DNA of 63,051 nt, from contig DASPKT010000427.1 in NCBI GenBank assembly GCA_035627915.1, positions 1 through 63,051 on the forward strand, read 5' to 3'. This stretch comes from Azospirillaceae bacterium (GTDB lineage Bacteria > Pseudomonadota > Alphaproteobacteria > Azospirillales > Azospirillaceae). Shown here piece after piece: positions 40,795 through 50,500 of the stretch. The notes below the pieces were generated by a model, which saw only the letters and a list, made by a program, of their open reading frames with translations, was not told the origin of the DNA and made no database searches. The position numbers and the translations under genes were made by a program. The first letter of the stretch is position 1. Each line of letters starts with the position of its first letter.

Positions 40795-43242
40795 ATGTTC
40801 CTCAACTACCTGACGGTCGCACTCCGCTTTCTGGCCCGGCACAAGCTCTATGCCGCGCTGAACGTCGCCGGCCTCGCCGCCGGCCTGGCGGCCTGCGCCA
40901 TGATCGCCGTCTTCGTCCGCTACGAGCTGAGCTACGACGGCTTCCACGCGAAGGCGGACCGCATCTACCGGGTCAACCGGACCGAACACATCCCCGGCCG
41001 CGCACCCTCGACCTCCGGCGTCACCGCGCTGCCGACGGCGTCGGCCCTGAAGGACGGGCTGCCGGAGGTGGAGGCGGCGGTGCGGGTGCTGCGCTTCGGC
41101 GCCATCATCCGCCAGGGCGGGACCAGCTTCCAGGAACGGGTGGGCCGGGTCGATGCAGACTTCTTCCGCGTCTTCGACTACCGCGTCGTCTCCGGCTCGC
41201 TGGAGGGGGCGCTCGACCGGCCCGGCACCGTCGTCCTGACGGAATCCCGGGCGCGCAAGTATTTCGGCGACGCCGACGCGGTCGGCCGCAGCCTGGAACT
41301 GACCACCGGCCGGGTCTGGCAGGTCGCCGCGGTCGTCGCCGACCCGCCGACCAACTCCTTCCTGGAGAGCTACGGCATGTTCGTGCCGGTGGAGACCAGC
41401 TTCAGCGAGGGCTCCGACAAGCAGTTCCGCGACCGGCTGGAGGCCTGGGACAGCAACTGGGTGAACACCTTCCTGCTGCTGGCGCCCGGCGCCGACCCGG
41501 CCGCCGCGGAGGCGAACATCCCCGAGGTGCTGGCCCGGCGCGTGCCCGACTACCGGCCGCCGGCGGCCGGGCAGGGGCGCGTCACCTTCACCCTCTCCCT
41601 GCAGGCGCTGACCGCCATCCACACCGACCCGCAGGACGGGGAGCCCGGCACGCCGATGTCCGTCATCGTCGGCTTCGTCGGCGTGGGCGCGCTGATCCTG
41701 CTGATCGCCGGCATCAACTTCGTGAACCTCTCCACCGCCCGCGCCTCGCTGCGCGCCCGGGAGGTGGCGGTGCGCAAGACGCTGGGCGCCTCGCGCACGC
41801 GGCTGGTGGCGCAGTTCCTGGGCGAGTCGGTGCTGCTGGCGCTGCTCTCCGGCGTGGTGGCGCTGGCGCTCGTGGAGCTGCTGGCGCCCGCCTTCCTGGA
41901 GGTGCTGGACATGGCGCGGGTGAAGCAGGGCATGCGGCTGTGGGAGCTGGCGCTCTACGGGCTGCCGGTGCTGCTGGCGGTCGGGCTTCTGGCCGGCATC
42001 TACCCCGCCTTCGTCCTGTCCGCCTTCACCCCGGCGGAGGTGATGAAGGGCGGCAAGGCGGCGGGCGGGGCCGGGCGGCTGCGCGCGGCGCTGGTCGTCC
42101 TGCAGTTCGCCATCGCCATCGCGCTGGCGGTCAGCACCCTCGTCATGGTCTCGCAGACCCGCTTCGCCAGCTCCCAGCGCCTGGGCTTCGAGCACGAGAA
42201 CCTGCTGGTGGTCCGGGCCATGCTGCTGGACGAGGTGCGGCCGCGGCGCGACAGCTTCATCGAGGAGGTGCGCCGCCTGCCGGGCGTCGTCTCGGCGGCG
42301 CTGGCCTCCTGGGTCCCGTCCGACTCCTCGGAGCGCACCACCGACTTCCGCCTGCCGGCCGCCCCGCCGGAGGAGACGCTGACCCTGCGCACCGAGCCGG
42401 TGGATTTCGGCTACCTGGAGACGCTCGGCGCCCGGCTGCTGGCCGGCCGCACCTTCGACCGGGCACGCGAGGCCGACGCCATGCCGGAAGGGGCGGAGCG
42501 GAAGGAGGCGGCCGTCGTCGTCACCGCCTCCATGCTGCCCGTCCTGGGCGCCCGCACGCCCGAGGAGGCGGTGGGCCGGACGCTGTACTATCCCCGCGAC
42601 GAGGGCGACCTGACCCTGACGGTCGCGGGCGTGGTGGACGACATCCAGTTCTCCACCGCCCGCAACCCTGTCGTCCCGACCGTCTTCATGATCGACCGCT
42701 CGGCGCTGGGCTCGCTGGTGGTGCGGCTGGCGGCGGGGGCGGGGCCGAACACGCTGGCGGAGATCGACCGCACCTGGCGGACGATGTACCCCGACGTTCC
42801 GGTGCGCCGCACCTTCCTGGAAGACCAGATCCACCGCCTCTACGAAACCGAGGCGCGCCAGGGCGCGGTGCTGGCGGCCTTCGCCGGCCTCGCCATCGTG
42901 ATCGCCTGCCTGGGCCTGTTCGGCCTCGCCTCCTTCACGGCGGAGCGGCGGACCAAGGAGATCGGCCTGCGCAAGGTGCTGGGCGCGCGGGTCGGCGACA
43001 TCGTGCGGCTGCTGGTCTGGCAGTTCAGCAAGCCGGTGCTGCTGGCGAACCTGGTGGCCTGGCCGGCGGCCTGGTTCGCCATGCGGCGCTGGCTGGACGG
43101 CTTCGCCTACAGGATCGAGCTGGACCCGCTGGTCTTCCTGGCGGCCGGCGCCGCCGCCCTTGTGATCGCCTGGACGACCGTGGCCGCGCACGCCGCCCGC
43201 GTCGCCCGCGCCAAGCCCGTCAACGCCCTGCGCTACGAATAG
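40795..43242 (+). CDS. ABC transporter permease, duplicated FtsX/MacB-type (permease 4, 815 aa)
   Basis: ATG at 40795 (MFLNYLTVALRFLARHKLYAALNVAGLAAG...). The protein ends ...VNALRYE. Confidence 0.85.
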   Translation: MFLNYLTVALRFLARHKLYAALNVAGLAAGLAACAMIAVFVRYELSYDGFHAKADRIYRVNRTEHIPGRAPSTSGVTALPTASALKDGLPEVEAAVRVLRFGAIIRQGGTSFQERVGRVDADFFRVFDYRVVSGSLEGALDRPGTVVLTESRARKYFGDADAVGRSLELTTGRVWQVAAVVADPPTNSFLESYGMFVPVETSFSEGSDKQFRDRLEAWDSNWVNTFLLLAPGADPAAAEANIPEVLARRVPDYRPPAAGQGRVTFTLSLQALTAIHTDPQDGEPGTPMSVIVGFVGVGALILLIAGINFVNLSTARASLRAREVAVRKTLGASRTRLVAQFLGESVLLALLSGVVALALVELLAPAFLEVLDMARVKQGMRLWELALYGLPVLLAVGLLAGIYPAFVLSAFTPAEVMKGGKAAGGAGRLRAALVVLQFAIAIALAVSTLVMVSQTRFASSQRLGFEHENLLVVRAMLLDEVRPRRDSFIEEVRRLPGVVSAALASWVPSDSSERTTDFRLPAAPPEETLTLRTEPVDFGYLETLGARLLAGRTFDRAREADAMPEGAERKEAAVVVTASMLPVLGARTPEEAVGRTLYYPRDEGDLTLTVAGVVDDIQFSTARNPVVPTVFMIDRSALGSLVVRLAAGAGPNTLAEIDRTWRTMYPDVPVRRTFLEDQIHRLYETEARQGAVLAAFAGLAIVIACLGLFGLASFTAERRTKEIGLRKVLGARVGDIVRLLVWQFSKPVLLANLVAWPAAWFAMRRWLDGFAYRIELDPLVFLAAGAAALVIAWTTVAAHAARVARAKPVNALRYE

Positions 43243-43274
43243 ACGACGAACAGACGTCCTGGGGGATGCCCGCC

Positions 43275-45749
43275 ATGCTGATCGCGAACTACCTGACAGT
43301 CGCCCTGCGCCAGCTGGCGCGCAACCCGCTCTACTCCGCCATCACGGTGCTGGGGCTGGCCATCGGCCTGGCGAGCTGCCTGCTGATCCTGCTGCACGTC
43401 GAGGACGAGCTGTCCTACGACCGCTGGGCCCCCGACGCCGACCGCGTCTACCGGCTGCACACGACGACGGAGATCCCGGGCCGCTCGCCCTTCCGCACCG
43501 TGCGCTCCGCCGGCTACATGAAGCAGGCCTACCTCGACGATTACGGCGACGTGTTCGAGACGGGCGCCCGCCTCTTCGCCGACAGGGTCACCCTGATCCG
43601 CGACGACGAGCCCTTCTCCCAGACGATCGGGATGGTCGATCCCGCCTTCACCGACATCTTCCCCGTAGAGACGGTGGCGGGCGAGGGGACGGCGGCGCTG
43701 AAGGACCCGACCGCCCTGCTGCTGTCGGAGCGGGCCGCCCGCAAGTACTTCGGCGACGCCGACCCGGTCGGGCGCACGCTGACCCTCTGCTGCGTCGGGA
43801 CCGAGAAGTTCGACTACCGCGTCGCCGGCGTCTTCCGGGACTTCCCGCGCGCCAGCCACCTTGAGCTGGAGGTGCTGGCGCCGATCGACGAGGAGCGGTT
43901 CAAGGCGCTGCCGAACATCTTCCGCACCTGGACCTCGGTCAACGTCTACACCTACTTCAAGCTGCGCCCCGGCGCCGACATCGGGCGGGTCGAGGCCGAC
44001 GTCCCCGCCTTCATCGACCGCCACATCTCCATGAGCAACGCCGCGCAGAAGGCGTCCGACCGGATCCGCCAGCACTTCATGAAGCTGGAGGACATCCGCC
44101 TGCACAGCCGCGCGCAGGCGGGCGACCTCGGCGACATGAAGCCCAGCGGCGACGCCACCCAGGTCTACACGCTGGCGACGGTGGCGGCGCTGATCCTGGT
44201 CATCGGCTGCATCAACTTCACCAACATGGCGGTGGCCCGCTCGCTGCGCCGTGCGCGGGAGGTGGCGGTGCGCAAGGTGCTGGGCGCCGGCCGCCTGCAG
44301 GTGGCGGCGCAGTTCCTGGGCGAGGCGGTGCTGCTGGCCGGCATCTCCATCGTCGCGGCCCTGGTCCTGGCCGAGGTGGCGATGCCCTGGTTCAACGACC
44401 TGATCGGCAAGGAGCTGACGCTGGCCTACGGCGACCCCGGCCTGTGGCTGCGGCTGGCGGCCCTGGTGCTGCTGGTGGGCGTGCTGGGCGGCGCCTACCC
44501 GGCGCTCTACCTCTCCGGCTTCCGCCCGGCCCGCATCCTGAAGGGGGAGCGGCTGCGCGAGAGCGCCGCCGGCGGCGGCATCCGCACTGTCCTGGTCGTG
44601 GTGCAGTTCGCCATCTCCGTCGGGCTGATGACGGTGACGGCGGTGGTGTTCAGCCAGACCCTCTACGTCCGCGGGGCTGAGCTGGGCTTCGACCGCGGCA
44701 ACGTGCTGATCCTGCGCAACGTCGGCGGCAGCGTCCCAGCCGCGACCGCATCGGCCCTGACGGAGGAGGTGCGGCGGCTGCCGCAGGTGGAGGCGGCCGT
44801 GCGCTCCTCCGACGTGCCGACCGACAATGACGAGAACAACACACGCATCTCCGTCTCCGGCGGCGAGCCGGAGGGGCAGGTGATGAACTACATCGGCACC
44901 GACTACGGCTTCTTCGACCTCTACCGCATCCCGGTCCTGGCCGGACGCGGCTTCGATCCCGCGCGCAGCGCCGACCCGCTGGTCCGGCCGGAGAAGGCGG
45001 GCGACCCCTCCACCGGCAGCGTCATCCTGAACGAGTCCGGCGCCCGCCGCCTGGGCTTCCGCAACCCGGCCGACGCCGTGGGCCAGACCGCGACCTTCCA
45101 GCTGTTCCGCACCGGGCCGACGACCGCCACCGTCATCGGCATCGTCCCGGACGTGCGGTTCCGCTCGCTGAAATACGACGTCCAGCCGAGCTTCTACTTC
45201 CACGGCGAGCCCGCCTTCAACGACCTCTCCGTCCGCTTCCGGGGCGACCCGGCCGCGCTGATGGCGGAGATGGAGCGGGTCTGGCGCCGGATGGTCCCCG
45301 ACCGGCCGTTCACGGCCAGCTTCCTGGACGACATGATCGAGGCCCAGTACGCCGACGAGGCGCGCCAGGCCAAGGCCTTCGCCGCCTTCTCCGGCCTCGC
45401 CATCCTGGTGGCGTGCCTGGGCCTCTACGGCCTGTCCTCCTTCGCGGCGGAGCGGCGGACCAAGGAGATCGGCGTGCGCAAGGTGTTCGGCGCCACCGTC
45501 TGGTCCATCGTCCGGCTGCTGGTCTGGCAGTTCACCCGGCCGGTGCTGCTGGCGAACCTCATCGCCTGGCCGCTGGCCTGGATGTTCCTGGCCGACTGGC
45601 TGCAGGGCTTCGACCGGCGCATCGATTTGAGCCCGCTCTACTTCGCCGGGGCGACGCTGGCGGCCCTGTCGGTGGCCTGGGCCACGGTCGCCGGCCACGC
45701 CACCCGGGTGGCGCGGGCCAAGCCGGTGGACGCGCTGCGCTACGAGTGA
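43275..45749 (+). CDS. ABC transporter permease, duplicated FtsX/MacB-type (permease 5, 824 aa)
   Basis: MLIANYLTVALRQLARNPLYSAITVLGLAIG... An alternative ATG at 43266 adds MPA. The protein ends ...VDALRYE. Confidence 0.85.
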   Translation: MLIANYLTVALRQLARNPLYSAITVLGLAIGLASCLLILLHVEDELSYDRWAPDADRVYRLHTTTEIPGRSPFRTVRSAGYMKQAYLDDYGDVFETGARLFADRVTLIRDDEPFSQTIGMVDPAFTDIFPVETVAGEGTAALKDPTALLLSERAARKYFGDADPVGRTLTLCCVGTEKFDYRVAGVFRDFPRASHLELEVLAPIDEERFKALPNIFRTWTSVNVYTYFKLRPGADIGRVEADVPAFIDRHISMSNAAQKASDRIRQHFMKLEDIRLHSRAQAGDLGDMKPSGDATQVYTLATVAALILVIGCINFTNMAVARSLRRAREVAVRKVLGAGRLQVAAQFLGEAVLLAGISIVAALVLAEVAMPWFNDLIGKELTLAYGDPGLWLRLAALVLLVGVLGGAYPALYLSGFRPARILKGERLRESAAGGGIRTVLVVVQFAISVGLMTVTAVVFSQTLYVRGAELGFDRGNVLILRNVGGSVPAATASALTEEVRRLPQVEAAVRSSDVPTDNDENNTRISVSGGEPEGQVMNYIGTDYGFFDLYRIPVLAGRGFDPARSADPLVRPEKAGDPSTGSVILNESGARRLGFRNPADAVGQTATFQLFRTGPTTATVIGIVPDVRFRSLKYDVQPSFYFHGEPAFNDLSVRFRGDPAALMAEMERVWRRMVPDRPFTASFLDDMIEAQYADEARQAKAFAAFSGLAILVACLGLYGLSSFAAERRTKEIGVRKVFGATVWSIVRLLVWQFTRPVLLANLIAWPLAWMFLADWLQGFDRRIDLSPLYFAGATLAALSVAWATVAGHATRVARAKPVDALRYE

Positions 45750-45825
45750 GCCCTATCCCAACTGGCCCTTGCGCCCCGGTGGCCCGGTGATGCACCAAGG
45801 CCGTCGGCCGACAGGAGCGGGCGCG

Positions 45826-46818
45826 ATGGCGACAGACGGCACGATGGTTCTCCCCGGCCCCGGGGACGTGGAGGATGCGGGCCGCCGGCTCGCCGGGCAG
45901 GCGGTCCCGACCCCGCTGCTGCGCAGCGACGCGCTGGACGCGGCGGTGGGCGGCATGGTGCTGGTGAAGGCGGAGCCGCTGCAGGTCACCGGCTCCTTCA
46001 AGTTCCGCGGCGCCTACAACCGCCTCTCCCGCATCCCGGAGGCGGAGCGGGGCCGCGGCGTCGTCGCCTGGTCGTCGGGCAACCACGCCCAGGGCGTGGC
46101 GGAGGCGGCGCGGCGCCTCGGCATCCCGGCGGCCATCGTGATGCCGTCCGACGCTCCCCGCATCAAGGTGGACAACACCCGCCACCTCGGCGCCGAGGTG
46201 GTCTTCTACGACCGCACGACGGAGGACCGGGAAGTCATTGCCCGCCGCCTCTGCGCGGAGCGGGGGGCGGTCCTGGTGCCCTCCTACGACGACTTCCACA
46301 TCATCGCCGGGCAGGGCACGGTCGGGCTGGAGATCGGCCGGCAGGCGCGGGAGCTGGGGCTGACGGTGGACGCCTGCGTGGTCAACTGCTCCGGCGGCGG
46401 GCTCGCCACCGGGACCGCCATGGGGCTCAGGCTGAGCTTCCCCGAGGCATCCGTGCACACGGCGGAGCCCGCCGGCTTCGACGACATGGCGCGCTCGCTG
46501 GCGAAGGGGGAGCGGGTGCGCAACGCCGCCACCGGCGGTTCCGCCTGCGACGCGCTGCTGACAGTGACGCCGGGCGACATGACCTTCCCGCTGGCGCAAC
46601 GCCTGCTGGGGGAGGGCTTCGCCGTCACCGACGAGGAATGCTTCGCCGCCATGCGTTTCGCCTTCCGCCACCTGAAGCTGGTGGTGGAGCCGGGCGGTGC
46701 GGCGGCGCTGGCCGCGGTGCTGACCGGCCGGCTCGACTGCCGCGGCCGCACCGTCGCCGTGGTGGCCTCAGGCGGCAACGTGGACCCGGAGCTGTACGCC
46801 CGGGTGGTGGCGGGCTAG
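45826..46818 (+). CDS. PLP-dependent serine/threonine dehydratase family protein (threonine ammonia-lyase / serine-racemase-like)
   Basis: The PLP-lysine motif is TGSFKFRGA, with a SSGNHAQG and a GGGL loop. AGGAGCGG lies upstream of ATG 45826. Confidence 0.8.
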   Translation: MATDGTMVLPGPGDVEDAGRRLAGQAVPTPLLRSDALDAAVGGMVLVKAEPLQVTGSFKFRGAYNRLSRIPEAERGRGVVAWSSGNHAQGVAEAARRLGIPAAIVMPSDAPRIKVDNTRHLGAEVVFYDRTTEDREVIARRLCAERGAVLVPSYDDFHIIAGQGTVGLEIGRQARELGLTVDACVVNCSGGGLATGTAMGLRLSFPEASVHTAEPAGFDDMARSLAKGERVRNAATGGSACDALLTVTPGDMTFPLAQRLLGEGFAVTDEECFAAMRFAFRHLKLVVEPGGAAALAAVLTGRLDCRGRTVAVVASGGNVDPELYARVVAG

Positions 46819-47063
46819 GGACGCTCGTCGCCCGGCGCCGGCGGCGCGTCCCCGGCGCGGTCGAGGAACCAGAGCATGTCCTCGGGCTTCGCCTCGCCGG
46901 CGCGGCGCTTGAAGAAGGCGGCGGCCGTCTCGACGGCGCCGACCTTCTCCGCCACGGCGACGGCGATCCACTGGTTCAGGGAGACGCCGTCCTCCTTGGC
47001 CAGCCTCTGCGCCGCCTCCTTGATCGAGCGGGGGAGCTTGAGCGGGTAGGATGCCTTGTTCAT
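46815..47063 (-). CDS. Ribbon-helix-helix/HicB-like antitoxin
   Basis: 82 aa, MNKASYPLKLPRSIKEAAQRLAKEDGVSLNQWIAVAVAEKV... It lies directly downstream of the PIN gene. Confidence 0.6.
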   Translation of the reverse strand: MNKASYPLKLPRSIKEAAQRLAKEDGVSLNQWIAVAVAEKVGAVETAAAFFKRRAGEAKPEDMLWFLDRAGDAPPAPGDERP

Positions 47064-47075
47064 GGCTGCGTTCCT

Positions 47076-47498
47076 TCAGGCCGTCGGGCCAGGCAGTTCC
47101 GCGGGCTTCGCCACCCTGAGGCCGAACCGGGCGGCCGCCGCGGCGAAGTCACGGACGTTGTGGGTCACGAGCGCGTCGGCGCGGCCGTTCACCGCCGCCT
47201 CCAGCACCATCTCGTCGCTCGGGTCCGTCAACTGCGGCCTCCAGTGGAAATGAACCTCGATCGGTTCGACGGCACTCGCCAGCGCGGCGAGGAACCGGTC
47301 GATCCCGGATGCGTCCAGCCCGTGCGCCGCCTGCTGCTCCGACCGCTTCAGCACATCCTCGTATTCCAGGAACAGCGCCGGCGTCGCGATGACCACCAGC
47401 CTGCGCCGGGCGACCAGCCGCATCACGGCATTCGCGGCACCCGTCCTGCTGCGCAGGGCGGCAACGATGATCGACGTGTCCAGGACGACCCGATGCAT
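47076..47498 (-). CDS. PIN-domain toxin (TIGR00305-like)
   Basis: MHRVVLDTSIIVAAL...D...LEAAVNGRADALVTHNVRDF shows the acidic PIN residues and the typical C-terminal block. Confidence 0.75.
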   Translation of the reverse strand: MHRVVLDTSIIVAALRSRTGAANAVMRLVARRRLVVIATPALFLEYEDVLKRSEQQAAHGLDASGIDRFLAALASAVEPIEVHFHWRPQLTDPSDEMVLEAAVNGRADALVTHNVRDFAAAAARFGLRVAKPAELPGPTA

Positions 47499-47511
47499 AT
47501 CTCATGAGATA

Positions 47512-50500
47512 TCATGCCGGGGCAGGCTCCGTCACCGGGGCGATCGCGCGCAGCGCCGCCAGCACCCCCCTGACCGCGTCCAGCCGGCCCGCCGGGTCGT
47601 CCCAGGTGACGCGCAGCTTGCCGTCGTCGCGCCAGTCGGCGCCGGGGACGGCAGGGTGGGCGGAATGGGCGTCGGCGTGGGAGGTGAGGAGCGCACCCTT
47701 GGGCCCGAGGTCCAGCTGGGCGATGCCGGCCGCCAGGCACAGGCGCTTCAGCTCGGCCCGGTCCAGCAGCGCGTCGACCTCCGGCGGCGGGGCGCCGTGG
47801 CGGCGGGTCAGGGCCGCCTCCAGCTCCGCCCGGGGCGCCTCCGCCGTCTCCAGGCGCAGGTACAGCTCCAGCCGGCGGCCGGGATCGGCGACGTAGGTCT
47901 CGGGGACCAGGGCGGGGCGGTCGAGGTTGACCTGGGGGCTCCAGTCCGGCGGCTCCGGTTTTCCCTTTGCCGCCGCCACGGCGCGGCGCAGCAGGTCCTG
48001 GAACAGGGCCGGCCCGATGTCGCGCAGGTGCCCGCTCTGCGCCTCGCCCAGCAGCTCGCCGCCGCCGCGCAGGTCCATGTCGCGGCTGGCGACGGCGAAG
48101 CCGGCCCCGGCGCCGGTCAGCGCCGCCAGGCTCTCCAGCCGCTCCCGCGCGGTGTCGGCCGGCGGCTTCGCCGGGTCGTAGGTCAGGTAGGCGTAGGCCT
48201 GGATGCGGGACCGGCCCACCCGGCCGCGCAGCTGGTGCAGCTGGGCCAGCCCGAAGCGGTCGGCGTGGTGCAGCAGGATGGTGTTGGCGTTGGGGATGTC
48301 GAGGCCGGTCTCCACGATGTTGGTGGCCAGCAGCACGTCGCACCCGCCCTCCACGAAGCGCGACAGCCGGTCCTCCAGCGCCTCCGGCTTCAGCCGCCCG
48401 TGCGCCTCGACCACGCCCAGCTCCGGGCAGGCCTCCTCCAGCAGGGTGCGCAGGGCGGGGATGTCGTCGATGCGCGGGCAGACCAGGAAGCTCTGCCCGC
48501 CGCGCTCGCGCTCGCGCAGCAGGGCGGCGCGCAGCAGCTCCGCCGTCAGCGGCTTCACCTCCGTGCGCACCGGGCGGCGGTCGGAGGGCAGGGTGGCGAC
48601 CACGCTGATGTCGCGCAGCCCGCCCAGCGCCAGGCGCAGGGTGCGGGGGATGGGGGTGGCGCTCATCGCCAGCACGTGCACCCGGGCGGAGAGGGAGGCG
48701 AGGCGTTCCTTCTCCTTCACGCCGAACCGGTGCTCCTCGTCGATGACGACAAGGCCGAGGTCCCGGAAGCGGACGCCCTTTGCCAGCAGGGCGTGCGTGC
48801 CGACCGCCACCCGGATCGTCCCGTCGGCCAGCCCGGCCCTGACCCGCCGTTCCTCCTCCGCCGGCACCCCGCGGCCGAGATAGCCCGTCTCCAGGGGAAA
48901 GCCGGCAAGGCGGGCGGCGAAGGTCTCGGCGTGCTGGCGGGCCAGCGGCGTGGTCGGCGCCACGACCGCGACCTGCCGGCCGGCCATGGCGACGGCGAAG
49001 GCGGCGCGCAGCGCCACCTCGGTCTTGCCGACGCCGACGTCGCCGACCACCAGCCGGTCCATGGTGCGGCCGGAGGCGAGGTCGGCCAGCACCGCCTCGA
49101 TCGCGGTGCGCTGGTCCTCGGTCTCGCGGTAGGGGAAGCCGGCCAGGAAGGCGCGCCAGGGGCGGCGGGCGGGGACGACGGGCTCCTGCCGGCGCGCGGC
49201 CCGGGCGGCGGCGCGCTCGACCAGCTGCCGCGCCACCTCGTCCACCGCGGCCCGCGCGCGGGCGACGCGGCCCTCCCAGGCGCCGCCGCCCAGCCTGTCC
49301 AGCGTCACCCCCTCGCGCGGCAGGCCGTAGGGGCGTACCGCGTCCAGATGGTCCACCGGGACCAGCAGCGTGTCGCCGCCCTTGTAGACGAGGCGCAGGC
49401 AGTCCCGCACCGCGCCGGCCGCCTCCACCGTCTCCATCCCGTCGGCGAGGCCGATGCCGTGGTCGCGGTGGACCACCAGCGCGCCCAGGGCCAGGGCGGG
49501 CTCGCCGGCACCGGCCAGGGCGTCGGCGGTGGTGTCGGTGGTGCGCGGCGCCTGCCGCTCCCGCACCATCTCGCCGCGCCCCACCACGGCGAGGCCGGGG
49601 GCGGTGAAGCCCTCCTCCAGCTCCAGCGCCGCGACGGCGACGGCGTCGGCCGGCAGCGCCGCCGCTTCCCGCCAGTCCGCCGCGGCCGCCGCGGGGCCGA
49701 GGCCGCCGCGCTCGACCAGCCGCGCCAGGCCGGCCGCCTGGGCCGGCCGCTCCACCACCGCCAGGATGCGCCGCTTCTCCCCGCGCCAGGCGCTCAGCCG
49801 CTCCGCCACGGCGCCCGGGCTCTCCGCCACGGACAGGCCGGAGCCGCGCCGGCCGCCGGCGTCGCAGGCATCCGCCTCGCCGGGCGGCGGCGGGTCGTCG
49901 TCCAGCTCCACCACGGCGCGGGCGGACAGGGCCTCCTCCCACTCCTCCTCCGTGAGGAAGGCGAGGTCGGGCGGGACGGGATGGTAGGCGGGCAGGCCGG
50001 CCCTGGCGTCCACCGTCCGGCGCGCCTCGCGGGCGCGGAAGCCCTGCGCGATCTCGGCATGGCGGATGGCGCGCGCCTGCGCCGCCCGCTCGTCCAGCGA
50101 CAGCACGGCGTCGGGCAGCAGGCCGAACAGCGTGTCCGTGCGCTCGAAGAACAGGGGCAGCCAGTGCTCCATCGCCGGCGGGCGGCGCCCGGCCTCCACC
50201 GCCTCGCGCACCGGGTCGCGCGCGTCGGGCCGGCCGAACAGGCGGCCATAGGCGGTCGTGAAGCGCGCGGCCGCGGCGGCGTCCAGCGGCACCTCCGACA
50301 CCGGGGGCAGGGTTCCGCCCGCGGCGAGGTCGAGGGAGAGGGGCGTGCCGTCCGGCAGCACGGCGGTCAGGGCGCCCGCCTCCAGCCGGAAGTCGCCGGG
50401 CTCCCGCGGGTCGGGCGACTGGAGGTATCCCAGGCCCAGCAGCCCTTCCTTCACCGCAGCCTCCTCGGTGCCGGGCTCCAGCACCAGGCCGGCCAGCGCC

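Noticed and set aside
25155-45749. Classification of the sigma-54/permease island as a mobile genomic island or prophage remnant
   Set aside because: No integrase, transposase, tRNA attachment site, flanking direct repeats or phage genes are visible. The GC character looks like the flanks by eye. Only the bracketing toxin-antitoxin pairs hint at accessory status.
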